Assembly (NCBI GenBank): GCA_013239625.1
Contig: MU054908.1
Location: 3,265,946 to 3,329,945, forward strand
Direction: 5' to 3'
DNA length: 64,000 nucleotides
Source of the DNA: Lama guanicoe
Lineage: Eukaryota
Positions 36,802 to 50,540 of this stretch are shown in pieces. The notes beneath the pieces are model-generated. The model was not told the origin of the DNA. It saw only the letters and a list, made by a program, of their open reading frames with translations, and made no database searches. Made by a program: the position numbers and the translations under genes. Positions within the stretch are counted from its first letter, which is position 1, and the number at the start of each line of letters is the position of its first letter.

Positions 36802-38029
36802 TAAAGTGTTGTGCATATATAAAGAACTTTATAATTTTCAATACTGTTTAAAAACTGCAAAGCAGGACCATGAACACTGCTGTCTTTGTTCCCTCTGATC
36901 TGCAAATTAATTTTAAATGAAATCCGAATTCACCTTTTCTTTTACGCAAATTTGTTAATAACTGTTTGGAAGAGAGTATGGAACTTCAATATATTCACAT
37001 CTTTTTTACCCCTTTGTGGTTAATACAATATACACTGGTGTTTTTAAAGGCAAGAGTGGTTTGGCTGAAGCAAGAAAGTTTTACTCTATAGAAAAAAAGC
37101 AAAAAAACAAAATATAAAGTAGTTTTTACAGTATTCTGTGATTACACAGCTGTCAAAACTGTGCGTAGAAAAGTGACAAGGAAATAAACCAAAAGTCCAA
37201 CAACTAGATCAATAAACAACTTGGCACAAGAGGACAAATGAGCCCTAATCACATAGGGCCCTATAACATGGTCTACCGTTTTTATCACACAGTTTGGGTA
37301 ACTCCTGGATTCAAACAAGTTTGTCCAAATGTAACAGCTGCTCACAGGCCAAGTCTGACTGATCAAACCACTGAGACCACAGCAAATATGCTAATCATAT
37401 CCCTCCAGTACCAGCATAATGAATAGTTCTCTGCCATATAGTGAGGACTTTACCATAAATGGCAGACTGATACTGAAGAATAATGGTTTTACTGGGCACG
37501 AAAACATTCTGCCCTTGCGTCCCAAGGTGATGTAGCAGATCCAAACTCTCAAATACTTGTTCCAAGTCCACACCAGCACAGCAGCTGACCGGTGAATTAT
37601 GGTTTCATAGTTTATACCTCATTTTATTCTCCTTTTAGACCGCAAGCACTTTAAAGCCAGAGTCATCAAATTCATCTCTCTCTTCCCGTAGCCCCTAGTG
37701 CACCTACAGGGCCTGGCACGTGGTAGGAGCTCAGAGATGTGAATTCAAGCATTTTGAGTTGACTTAAATGATGGTCAACACTCATTTTGCTGAGATAGCT
37801 ATTCTTATTCATGAAGGACCCCAGGCTGCCCCAGATCAGTCCTGGTGGATGCCTCCTGCCCACCAGTGGGAGAAACAGGGGTACAACTTGTACTTTCCGG
37901 GGAATATGTACAAACCAGAAACTGTCAAGTCCCAGAAACTCTTCCGTGTCTTGACTAAGACCACACTGTATGGCCTCAGGCTTTCCTTGCTTTGCAGCCC
38001 TGTTTGAAATATACTCTTTGTTATATTTG

Positions 38030-38520
38030 GAATATAATACCCTTTGACCCAGCAATGAAAACTTGTGCAAGGCTGTGAGTAGCAGCTGCATTAATAATAG
38101 CTTCAAACTGGAAACACTCCAATGTTCATCAGCAGGAGAATGGGCAAACAAAATGTGTTGTAGCCTTACTAGGAAATACTACTCAGCAATAAAAAGGAGC
38201 AAACGCTATGGATGGATCTTAAAGGCATGTCAAGTGGAAGAAGCCAGCCACAAGAGTCCATACTGAAGGATTCCATTTAAATGCAGTTCTAAACAGACAC
38301 AACCGATCTAGAGGGATGGAAATCAGAACAGTGACTGCCTGGGGTAGGGGTGGGGTGGTTTGACTAGAAAGAGGGCAGAAGGAACCTCTCTCTGGGGTGA
38401 TGAATATATTCTCCATCCTGACTGGGCTGGTGCTTACATAGGTTCCATTTGTCAAAACTCATTGAACTGTACACTTAAAAATCTGCACATTGTATTGTTT
38501 GCTAAATTAACCTTCAATTA
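38030..38520 (+). mobile_element. Old L1M 3' end
   Basis: It contains cctttgacccagcaat, ccaatgttcatcagcaggagaatgg, aatactactcagcaataaaaagga and tgtcaaaactcattgaactgtacacttaaa. Confidence 0.8.
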
Positions 38521-39576
38521 CCCCCTCCTCCAACTCGAGTATTTGGGGCTGAAGCCTTTCCATGGCTGGCTGTCCCCAGGCTCAGATACTGGCAGGGGAA
38601 GTTGTGATTCCTGCAGCTGTGGCCACACTGCAGATTTCCTCACATTTGAGGGGGCAGCCCCAGCACGTGGCCCATTTCTCATGCAGGCACTTTGCTGGCT
38701 CTTGGTGAACGCCTGTCTCTCCCGGGGCCCCTGGAAGACGCTCATCCTTCTTCCCTTTAGCAAATGTCTTCAGATCTCAAGTTTTCTCTGCATTTTCTCT
38801 TCCCCAGGCTAATCCTCAGTTTTTCCATTCATGCTTCACTGAACATGGTTTCCAAATCCTTCCTCCCCAGCGTGTCCCTCCTCTGGATCCGGTCCAGCTG
38901 CCCAGGGCCCATTTAAACGATTCTCTGAATGCTCGTGCTGACAACTAGACTTCTACCTCCCAAGTGATTGCAGCAGGAGGAGGCAGGTTATGAGCCTTTG
39001 TCTGTATAACCCAACAGGTTAAATTTTTTTTAATGGGGGGGAAAAGAAATGAAAACGTGGCGGGTTTTTCACAAAGGCCCCTGTGAATGATTGACATACA
39101 TTTAAGCAGACGACGTATTTGTGCGATGCCAAGGGGCTGATACATTAATAGATATAATTTGTAGGCTCCCAAGGAGAGGTTAAAGAGGAGAGCACAGATT
39201 CCTTTGAGCTGACTTGGTGCTTCCATGNNNNNNNNNNNNNNNNNNNNNNNNNNNNNNNNNNNNNNNNNNNNNNNNNNNNNNNNNNNNNNNNNNNNNNNNN
39301 NNNNNNNNNNNNNNNNNNNNNNNNNNNNNNNNNNNNNNNNNNNNNNNNNNNNNNNNNNNNNNNNNNNNNNNNCTGTAACCTCTCCAGGCCTCCCTCCTGC
39401 TCCTGCTGGGAGTTCAGTTCAAGTGGTTCCCTTATTTGATTACGCCTCTCAGGCAGGCCTTGTCTGGTGTAGGTATCCAATTCGCTGCCGTGCCCACTGG
39501 CTCCCTACGAAGCAGAAAACATTAGAGTCACTCTTTTGTGAAATTATGGGGAAGCTGAGTGGGCCAAGCACGTGTG

Positions 39577-39577
<1 letters not shown>

Positions 39578-39607
<30 letters not shown>

Positions 39608-39620
39608 TATGTGTGTGTGT
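39578..39620 (+). repeat. Interrupted (GT)n microsatellite
   Basis: Directly visible. Confidence 0.93.
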
Positions 39621-40549
39621 AGACACACAGATGTGTATAAAGAGAGGAATGCTGTTTGTTAGCAAATGTGGCAGTGATTTATGTTCACTTCCTTTAGTCA
39701 CAGAGCAACTGAGTGGCATCCCCAAATTCTCACGATAAAAAAAAAAGAGGTGAGAGAAAAAAAGAACACTCCTGCTAAGTGCTATATATCATTACTATTT
39801 TTTTATTGTTTGCAAAAGCTTTATAACATGCATAATTTACAATCAATGGACCAAATTCTCCTTTTACGAATTTCTTTTCTTCGTGACTATAGAATTCAAA
39901 TTATAGTGCTATATATTATTTTATCATGAAAGTATGAATTATGACGGTCTTTGTAACTGTTTTCACTCAAGACTATTACTGGACCGATGTTGATGTGTTG
40001 GTAGATTTGTGCATATCCATTTCTCCTACACATTAATTTATGGGTGGATGAAAAGAGTGTAGGTGATATGTGTTGTAAGCAGATCCCTACTCTACATTAC
40101 CTTTTATTTATTTTTCTACACTACCTTTTAAAAATCGGTTTTCTTTTTAAAAAGTCACACAATCACTGAGAAACAAACAACCCCCCCAGCCCCCATCCAC
40201 TGCCAAAACTTGGCAAGCTTTTGTATCCATTTCCAGAAATACCAACCTGATCAAAGGAAAATAATGGTAACACTTTTTATCTTCAGGTGCCCAAAACAGC
40301 TGAGAATCTGGCCTAAGAAGCATTTTCGGATCAGCCTGCAGCTTGGGACAGGCGGGCCCTGGCGAGGAGCTGGTAGCGCTGAACACTCGGAGGGTGAAAT
40401 TGGACTTGGCTGGCTAAGGTCAGTGCTGGGCTGGGAAAACGAGGAGTTAGCAACTACCCATTCATTCCTAAGGGAAAAAAAGGAAACACACCGTCCGAAC
40501 TCAAGATGCCTATTGATTTATCCCCGTTAACAGGCGGGGCACTTGAGAA

Positions 40550-41060
40550 GCCAAGTCATGGGGCTCGTTAGCGTCTTTATTGAGAGAAGACCGTCCCCGC
40601 GAGTTCCCACGGGGGCCGGGAGTCAGCGGGGCGCAGGGCGCAGGCTGGGAGAGGCGGCTTTTCTTAAAGGCCCTCACAAAGTCCGCTGGAATCTCAACGG
40701 TTAAAGAGAGCTCGCTGCACAAAGGGGCGCCCCGGCGGTAATCGAGAAATAAATTTGATTTTCTGAATTCTTTGGCAGCTGGTGACAAAGGGCCAGGTAT
40801 GGCGCGCGGCGGGGGTGATCCGAGCCAGCCGAGGCGGCCGCCTGGCGGGGCGCACAAGTCCGGGGGCGGGGGGAGCACAAAGGCGGCGGCCTGCGTCACA
40901 AAGGCAGACCTGGGGCTCCACGCTGCACGCCCGCGCTGGGGGCCAGTAACTGTGAGCAGCGCGGGGCACGGACTGGCCTCCACGGAGCCGCTAAACCGGC
41001 TGAGGCCACCCTGCTGCTGGCCCAGGTGCTCAGGGGCTGATTCCCCGGCCACCAACTGCA
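40550..41060. promoter_or_regulatory. Small orphan CpG island / candidate enhancer
   Basis: GC and CpG density rise sharply (gcgcgcggcg, ggcggccgcc). It has a GC box (ggggcgggg, about 40863) and five ACAAAG motifs, with no repeat sequence and no credible ORF. Confidence 0.7.
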
Positions 41061-42446
41061 TCCTGGAACTCCCAGGGCCTTCTGCTGGGGCCACAAGCTC
41101 TTTAAATGCTTAATAGGTTCATCAAGAAATGTCCACAAACCCCTTGCCTAATTCAGCCTTTTGCTACGATTTGGGAGGATCGCCAGAAACGCCTTGAAAT
41201 TTCCCCAGATTCCTCCGGGCTCAATGGACTGGGCCCTCCCTTGTCTTTATTTATCAAGTTCTCTGGTCATTTCCTGAGTCATGTCTGTCTGTCCCATCTG
41301 TAAGTTTCTTGAAGGGCAGCGGTGGATGTTACTCTTCCTTTGGTGACAAAGCCCAAGTGGGAAATCCCCAGGGAAGTGTAGCTGCCAGGCATCTAACGGC
41401 AGGAATGAATGCTTCATTCATTCATTCATTCATTCAAAAACATTTCCTGAGCGCTGCTCACTGGCCCCCCAGCACTGTACTGATCTCAGTTTCCCCCTCC
41501 TCTGTCTCCTGTCACATCTTGCTCCTGAGTCAGCTGAAGAAGCAGCACCTCCCAAACTCTCCTGGAACAGAGCGTCTGGCTCCCCCAGCCAGCCGAGAAA
41601 GCCCTGCTGGTAAAAGCTCAGACTGGCTTCTCCTCAGACTTGAAGATGTGTGTGGGCCAGATTTCCTCCGCACCACTCTGAACATTCCAAAAGCCACTAC
41701 CTCAGATGCTAGCCAGACTTTGGTCTTGTTCCGTTCGCGTCCAAAAGGAGGCCGTCCATAAGGCTGATTTTATTTGTAGAGGATGTCAGGAGATCCAGAA
41801 AGGCAGGCTCGGGAAGGAACAAAATGTGTTAAACATACAGCTTGCTGAGGCTCTTTCATACTCTCTCTGAGCAAATCGGTACCTAAAGAGAAGCCCCGTG
41901 CCTTTAGCTGCTATTAAAATCCAAGTGGCATTTTTTTTTGAATTGCAGAAATGGGACTCCCCTGCTAGATTAATTCCTCCCCAGGCTGAATTCCTTTTGG
42001 CTGATTCCTCTACTTGACCCTTTCTCAGAACCAGCACTAGCAAGTAATACTACCAGAGCCTCTTGTTGTGTGCATGTGCCCTTAGACTCTGTCTCAGAGG
42101 CATCCTCTTTCCTGCTGGACCCGTTGTATTTCAGGTTGATCCCTAATTAGATTCAGTGTAAGGCGGGACCTGTGTGTGTGTGAACGTGGGCCTGTGCATG
42201 TGAGTAAGGTGCTTGCAATTAGCAGCACAAAAGCTGGGAAATGAGGCATGATTAAATGAGTGTCTAAATATAGAACAAGTACCCTAGGAGTTCTCGGAAG
42301 ATAAATCCTTCTCACCCCAGGCCAGGGACAGCAGCTTGCCATGTGTCTGTCTGTGTCATAGTGGAGTAGTGTGAGGCTGATAGCAGAGGAGGACTATACT
42401 TATCATACTCTGGGAGGTCAGGTAAAGAAGGCTCCAATTGCTTCAC

Positions 42447-43015
42447 TGTATTAGTTATCTATTACTACATAACAAATTACCACAAACTTAGTGGCGTAAA
42501 ACAACACCCATTTGTTATCCCACAGTTTCTGTGGGTCAGTTATGTGGGACAGCCTTGGCTGGGCCCCCTGTTTCAGGGGCTTTCACCAGGCTTTAATTCA
42601 GGAGTCAGCCAGGGCTGGGGTCGCATCTGCAATGTGACTGGGGAGGCATCCACTTCTGAGCTCACAAGGTTGTGCACAGGATTCAGATCCTTGAGGGTTG
42701 TTGGACTGAGGGCCTTAGCTCCTTGAGGGCCATCAGCCAGAGGCCACCCTCACTTCCTTGCCCCGTGGACCTCTCTATATGGCAGCTGACTCCATCAGAG
42801 CTAGCGAGGGAGACAGTACAGAGTCTGCTAGTAAAGTGAGTATCACCATCTTATGTAGTATAATCATGGGAGTGACATCCCAGCATCTCTGCAGGATTCT
42901 GTTGGGCAGGAACAAGCCACAGGCCCTGCCCACACTTGAGGGGAAGGGATTGCACAAGAGTGTGGATACGAGGAGGCATGGACCACAGGGGCCTCCTTAG
43001 AATCTGTCCACTACA
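42447..43015 (-). mobile_element. MaLR solo LTR (MLT1E/F-like)
   Basis: It runs tgtattagttatctattactacataacaaattaccacaaacttagtggc...aatctgtccactaca. The 5-bp flanks are TTCAC/TTCAT. Confidence 0.88.
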
Positions 43016-45269
43016 TTCATTTCAGCTGCAAATAAACCATGGCCCTAAGATGAGGATGTGCTCTGGTCACAGTCTCAGTGAGTTTGTCTAGTGGCTAGAT
43101 GCTCATCCCACTAGGATTTCTATTTTGTCTTTTGCACTTTCCTCTATAATACAGATTTAACGTCTGTGAAGCCCAAGCAGGTGTGGTCTCTACACAGCAG
43201 TCTTTGCTGCCAGCTTAACACCTACTCCCCCGTCATCACTGTGGTCCGCCTCTAAGGAACTCAAGAACTGCAGTTTCTCTGCCTCCACAAAATATTCCAA
43301 AACCGAAGTGCTAGAAAGAATCCCCTTTCCAGATCAATTAAATGAGAAAATTTTGAGAATATCAGAGTTTTCTTAGTCCCCTACTTCCACCCTACCCCAA
43401 CTCCTTTTAACAGATGAGAAAACTGAAGCCTAGAAAGAAGTCATTTATTCAAGCTCCCATGGACACAGTCAACATATATAAAGTATCAGAGAGAAGGTGC
43501 TGGCTTGAGCAAGCAACCATACGAGGAACTGGCCAGCAGGACAGCTGGAACCAGGACTCAGAGCACTCAGGGTGACTCCTGTCCCATCTCTCCACAGCAG
43601 CCAGCAGCCCCAGGTCCCCAGGCCCATGCGGGTCCAGAGACCAACAGGAAAACAATCAAATAACAGTCCAGATCCCAACAGGCCATGTTGCTTCTTGAGG
43701 GAGAAAAAAAACTGCACATATTATAAATTCTGAACATGCAAAGACTGCTTAAATAGCTGGTTCCCCAGGGACCACACATCACTGACAGCCAGAGCACAGT
43801 GTAATAGGACCCTCGCTTCACTCCTGTAATTTCAGCTGGATTACAGTTCCCACCACAAGCAGTGGAAGTTACATCTAATTTGACATGAAGAGAGAGAGAG
43901 AGAGACAGGGAGAGGGAGGTTGAGATTTTTTTTTCCGGGTCCAAGTCTTCGTCTCACCTCCTCTGTGCACTAGAGAGAAAAAGTAGTATCTTCTGACCTC
44001 TGGTCACTGCATTTGGCCAAACAGCCTCCCAGGAAGCTATGGACAAAATCTCCCTCCAAACTATTCTCTTATCAGAGCGACCCCTGGCTGCATTCTCCTT
44101 CCTTGGCCCTCAGAGGATAACAGGGGTGGGGCAGAGAGACAAGTAAAACGGAGTATAATGAGTTCTTCGCCTGTTCATCTTGAGTTTAGAAGCCCTGTGT
44201 TACCTCTTTGCTGGCTTCGGAGAGCTAAAATCACTCCCTTTGTTGGAGTAGTTCAGAGAACATGAAGAGGTAGCTCCTCGGACCAGCTCACTAAGTAGTT
44301 CTGATCCTGCGCTACCTTTGGGTTTTATCTCCTGGGCCCAGACGGACTTTCTGAAGGTGCTTGTTTCCCGACAGAAAGCAAAATAGACTTCAGAAAAATA
44401 ACCATCACATTGTTTGGGAAGAAATAAAGAGGGGACATTTATTTTAGCAAAAGATGGTCTCTCCTGGGGTGCATAACTAATTTGGTAGGAATGATTCTGT
44501 TTTAAATAGAATTCATGTAAGTGTTAGAATAACCTGGATTGATTTTCAGGGCCTTTTAGACTCTCGGACCTTACCGTTTTCTGAACGTGGACTGTCAGGG
44601 CTCCACCCCTTTGCACATGCTGGTTGGTCTCTGCACCTGGAGTTGCTTCCACCTCTTCTTTCCTACAAACGTCTTACCCACCTGATAGGGTGCAGCTCCC
44701 TCCTCGGTGAAGCCTGCGTGTGTTCTGGTTCCCCCGCTCCCCTCACTATGCACAGGTGGGGGCTTTCCTCTCTGGACGCTCGCAGCCCTTCTTCATAGCT
44801 CTGTCTGGATGCTGACAGCATTGGTCCTGGAGAGGCCGATACAGCCTGAGAGGAAGGCTTTTGTCTTGTTCGTTTTGTTTTCCTTTTTGTAGGACTTTTA
44901 CACAGCTCACAGTGGCACATGTTTGATGGGTGGATGGACTGGTAAATTGCTCTGAGGCAAATTTCGTTGATTTGGTTGTACTGGATCTTTGTTAACAAAT
45001 TGCCTGCTAGCACTACTGTGCATATACAGCCAGAATTGAAATGATTCAGAGCTGCTATGTGCAGATATGAACTCTAAAGAAGACAAAGGCTTCCAGGTGG
45101 AAATACAGCACAAATGAGTCAGAAGCTTCTTGGATCAAAAGGAGATTAGGGCCCCCTATTCTCCCGTATTCCTATTCCTAGTCGTTCTCTGCATTTCCTG
45201 AGCACTCAGTGGGTCCAGATGGTATGCTAGGGGCTTTACAGAGACAATCACAAAGTCCCTCTAAGAGCC

Positions 45270-45390
45270 TATGATGCTCAATTTACAGATGAGAAAACTG
45301 AGGCACAGAGATGAAGTAAGTTGCCCCGGGTCATCTACCTGGTGATGGAGGCAAGTGTTAGCCTGAGCTGTCGGACTCCAGCTCACAGCC
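45270..45390 (-). mobile_element. MIR SINE
   Basis: It reads tttacagatgagaaaactgaggcacagagatgaagtaagttgccccgggtca. Confidence 0.82.
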
Positions 45391-48300
45391 TCTAAAGGAT
45401 CACAGAAGCTTTGTCCCAGGTGTGCACTGGCTGTGACTGAGGGTCTATGGCACACTGGTTCCTGCTCCTGGTGCTTCGAGTACTCAGATGAAAGTGATCG
45501 GGTCTCCGATCTTGAAGTTCTCTAAGGAGGGGTGGAGGTGGGAGCTCAGACAAGCACACAAGTTACTGCAATGCAGGATGAAAGGAAAATGCCATTAGGA
45601 AGCATGATGTGTTGTGGGAAGAGATTATCTGGGGGTTGGATCAGGAAAGGCATCTTGCAGGAGGTGAGTCTTGAAGGGTGGGGAGAATATCAACAGATCT
45701 GTGGGGAGAGATCCAGAGAGAGGCTATGGAGGAAAGAACTGGGTGAAGGTACCAGCCAAGGGAAGGGAGGCTGGGAGGTGAGGCGGGGCCAGCACGTGGA
45801 GGTTCCAGCTCTCTGCTCAGAGGATGCAGCCAGTCTGGTAAGCATTGCCAGGGGCTGGGTTAAGTGAGCAAGGAGAACCTGCAGTCCAGATGGATGAAGT
45901 ACAGCCTAGTGGGGCTGAAGCTTCAAGTACTAACTTAATGTCTCTGTAATGGGAGTTCCAAACTTGTCCCTCCTTTCTGAAGTTTCTGTCTTCATCATTG
46001 GTTTCTACAAGTCTCTGCTCCGGCTCCCACCTCCCCTGCTTTATCCCCCCGCCGCCATTACCTTCCCATTTTGGTTTGAGAGTTCCATGGGAATGTTTTA
46101 GTACCCTTCATAGATTTGCAGGTGGCTAATAACTTGCTGAGAGCATCCCTGTTCCAGCTCTGTGATTACCCTTTCAGCTGTCCCTCACCCCCAGTAGCAC
46201 TCAGCCATGGAGCCCCACGTTTTAAATATCACACAAATGGTCCTTTGGGCCTTTCCCAGCTTACATAAACGTTATTAAAATCCCATTGTCTATAAAATGA
46301 GTAGAAACTCACTCATGAGGATCCACTTAATGACTTTAAAATGAAGCGCTGTTCAAACCTGTAAGATGTTCACGTTCATAAGGGTCTCAAGTCTACCGTT
46401 CCAGTGGCAGGTCATCCTCTGTCTCTGCCTGAGTGTGTCCAGGGTCATGTTCACCCTCCAGCGAGGAGCCCTGATGCCATTCTTCCTTCCCAGTGTCACT
46501 AGCTGGGACGGGTCCAAACCCACTGGAGAAGCTGAGGCCACATCTCAGGAATTCCGCTCCCCTACTTCTCCTCCCAGCTCTGTGGTTTCTGCTCACTCAT
46601 GCCTTCCACTCCTGGTGGCTTAAGGAGATTGTACAATAATCCAAACATTCTTTGAAGGAGCTGCCTTGCTTTTTCATCTTTGGATCCACTGAGCATGGTG
46701 CCTGCACGCAGGAGTTATTCAGTAAGTGTTTATTGACTTGCTTCTTTCCAGTTCACCAGACTTCATGGCCTTGAACCCATTCCCCAGCACTCCTCCGGCT
46801 GTCTTGCCCACAGGCTTTCTAGATCTTGTTCCCCAAACGTAATCATGAACTTAGCTCCATTCTGAACTGCATCCCACTTATCATGTCCCTCTAAAGCCTA
46901 CAACTGGATTCACAACATGGAGACAATGGGTTTTAAAATATTTTTCAACTCCAAAGTGCTATGCAAATGTAGAGAATACAAATAAAATGGTGAGTTTTAG
47001 ATGAAAGACCATAATGGTTAAGAGTCGTGGCAGGATGGTGGAGTTAGGAATGACTTTAAAATACACAGACTAGGTAAATGACCGTGAGTTGAGTTTAGGA
47101 GTCTTAGGAGGGTAATTCTCTTCTTGCTTAACAAATATTGATGAGCTACATCTTGTATATATTTAGTTGGAAAACAAAATGGGTTTCTTTCAGTAGTATA
47201 CTTATGATTTCATTCTACCTATTTCTGTAGACTGTTGGAGAAACTTACAATAGGTTATCAGCCAGAAAAGGAGAAAGAATTTATTGATCGGCCCCAGCTT
47301 TAAAGCTCTGTGAGCACTTTCCCTCTCTCTCTCCACTTGTAAAATGAGGGGGTTGGAACAGATAGCCTGTAAAGTCCCTCCTGGCCCTGACTGTCTCTGG
47401 TTTACTGAGAAAGCCAACCCATTCCCTTTGATTCTTTACAGGGCTGAGTTCAGTTTCCATGTGTCTTTTCCGGGCACACATCTCATCATCTGCCATTTTT
47501 TGCTTGTGTAATTTTCCCCGACTAGACCGCGAGCCCTCCCGGGTCAGGAGGAGTGTCTTGTCCCGGAGTGCCATCCTGACACAGAGCCTGGCACGTAACA
47601 GATGCTCAGTGAATGTTGTCAAATGAAGAGGTCAGAGGTGCTGCTGACAGTTCTGTCTTCAGATGGTTGAAAGGCTGGGCTGATGAATGAAACTGAACAC
47701 CTTATACTTGGGCAGGACTTTTACCGGGAGAAAAAGATTTCAAACAGCCTGTCTGAAAGCATTCTTCAGGGGCCCCTTCCCGTGGTTGATGAGTAAGAGA
47801 AAGCTAAAAGGGTAGCACGTCTCCCTTGGACATGGTATTTTCACTTTGTAGTAGTTTTCTGCCTTCTTTTAAATTTAGCTGGTGTCTGTGTGGCCATGTC
47901 TGATCTCTGACAGCATTTTAACATCACAAGCAGCTCCGCAGGCTGAAGAAGAGCCTCCCGTGTACACCTAGCCACTTGCTTGGGTGTGCCTGGGGTGCTG
48001 TGGTTGGGTGGTGCATCATTCCATCTGAGCTAAGATGATGTCAAGACATCTTTCTTAAGTGGAAAACTCAGTCATTCATCCAGATGTTTTGTCTTCAAGG
48101 AATAGGTCTCCTGACCTTTGATAACATGCATATATATCAAGGTCCTTATCATGGAGTCCATGAAGGGGGTCCAAAAATATACAAAATGTCAAGACTGTGC
48201 AAAGACGGCTGAGCTGGGGGACTGACTGACTGATCTCCATCCCAGCACAACGACTGCCGTGGTCTTAGCTTGATCATGGTCTTTTTTTAAGGGCACTTCA

Positions 48301-49509
48301 TTCTATTACTGTTGGATTTACTTTCTCTTGTGAAAACTGATTTTATTAACAGGATCATTCAAATGGGAAACATTGTGGGAGGATGCTACAGTTGGGTAAC
48401 AGTCAGCAAGACATCTCCTGCGTCAGAGTCCCTGGGTCTCACCCCCTTCAGGCCTGGAAAGGATCCTAGACGGCACAGTTTCCAAGATCTGTTGGCTGCT
48501 GGAATCCTAGCCAAGGAAGTTCAATTTCTGAACAGATTCAGTGGGCAGAACGTACTCTGTAAACCTAAGTCAAGAGTCTGGAAAACGGCCGGACAAATAA
48601 ATGCCTTGCTTGGCTGAGCAGATAGAATGAGAAGAAAAAATAAAGAGAAGATGAGGACTGAAGTAATTCAAAAAGTAAAATTCAGGGGCAGAGAAATAGA
48701 AAGAGGGGACATATTTTATAGGTCTAAAATGGAAGAAATGTCAACTTCAGAACAGAGAGACTTGTACAAGTGAGTTCAGTCCTCTGGTTATGTAAACAGG
48801 ACAGCTAAGGCTCAGAGAAGGGCCAGGACTGCCCAAGGTCACACAGCTAGAGACATGCCTGAAATTGGAACCCAGGACTCCTGGCTCCAGTGCTGGTAAC
48901 AGGACATCATAAAGTCATCCAAAACTTATTTTACTAAGATCATCTGTGTTTATTTAATAAATCCAGAGAGTCAGGGAAGACAGAGCAATTTAATTAGTAA
49001 TGATTCACCAGTCCTGTTGGCCTTCAATTCCTTTTCCCCTTTCTTTCTCTGAAGAGTGTTCATGAAGGTTCAGCTGTCCTCCCAGACCTCTGAAGCTTTG
49101 AGTCTTGCAAGAGGAAGATAGCCCATCTTCTACTTTGTCTCATGAGAGGAACCTACAAAAATACCTACCTGAGGTCTCACCAGAGCAGCCCCTCAGAGAA
49201 TAAGATCTTATCCTTTTGATGCCTTTTTTTCCCAGTCTTTAAACATAAGACAGTGCGAACATTTCTTGGGTAGCATATGCCTCTTTATTGGACTGGGCGG
49301 TGGGTAATATTTTTGAAGAATTAACTGCTCTATTCTCATTCCCTTCCCCCTCCATCATCAGCAGACATATACACATCTGGGATTTCCTTCTGCCCCAGGC
49401 TTTTCCTCTCTGGTCCAAACAGCTGGGGTCCAAACAGTAATCCCATCACTCGCTGCTTCCAGGAAGGGTGTTGCAGACATGCTTGGAGCCAAGCGTCAAT
49501 TCCTGCAGG

Positions 49510-50540
49510 TCACCCGGGAGTAGCAGTGGCCAAAGCTGGGAGAGTAACCAGAGTCAGCTTACAAAGGCTTTAAATGCTAAAGGAAAGTTTTTTTTTTCTT
49601 GATCCTGTAGGCCTTGGGATGGCCAGAGGAAGTTTTTAAAGGGGAAGCACCATGATCAGATTGAGTGTTTTGAAACGACTGTGGTTGCACTGTGGAAAAT
49701 CGGAGCAGCAGACAGAGTTCAACAGTAGGGAGGCCAATGACCAATCTGTTGTGGTGGTCAGAGGGAGAGGTGCTGGTGGCTTGATCTTGGGCAGTTCTAG
49801 TAAGGATAAAAAGGAGATAGATTCAACAGGAAAAAAAAAAAACACAAGAGAGAATTGGAAGGATCTGGCTATGCTGAGCATAGAGACTGGAGGCATCCTT
49901 GAGGTTGAGGGGAGGAAGTGAGGGAGGGAAGTTGAGGAAAATGAGAATGTAGATGGGGGCTACAGCACAACTAAGGGAGTATGGGGGACAGACAGACGTG
50001 GCAGGATGTGGTGCGGGGGGCAGAAAGGAATGACACCTTTGGCTCTGGGTGCATTTAAGGAACTTGTGGGACATGAAAGTGGAAACGCAGGTGTAGGATC
50101 AGGAGGGACTACAGCTGAACAGAGGCTAGCAAACCAGATGGTGATGAAGCCATTGTGGACCTGAGGCTCTGATGAGTTTATGCCTAATGAATGTCCAACG
50201 CCCTAACCACAGGGTCTGCATCCTATGCACTGTCACTATTTCTAAAGCACAACTCAGACCCAGTTACCCTACTGCTGCGCACAGCCTTCAGTGACTTTTC
50301 AAATGCAAAGGGAAAGATTTCTTTCCAGGTCCTTCATGACCTGGCCTCACCCTGCTCTTCTCCAGTTATTTCTTCTCCATGTAAATATTCCTACGTTTCT
50401 TACAAATTAAACTGTCTTTTCTTGACTCTTAATTCTCATGCTCATTCTCTTCTGTCACTTGGAATGCTTTTTTTATCTCTTCCTGCTGAAATTTTACCTA
50501 TTCTTCCAAGAATCAAGTGACATCTTTCCTGGCCACCCCT
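49510..50540. mobile_element. Two degenerate LINE-2 fragments in opposite orientation
   Basis: A minus-strand fragment spans about 49510-50100 (catgatcagattgagtgttttg, agggaggcc). A plus-strand fragment spans about 50200-50540 (tttctaaagcacaactcagacc, ccttcatgacctggcc). Confidence 0.5.

Noticed and set aside
40510-41138. 194-aa and overlapping ORFs in the CpG island
   Set aside because: High GC content suppresses stop codons. The composition is Pro/Gly/Ala/Arg-biased with no recognisable domain or splice structure.
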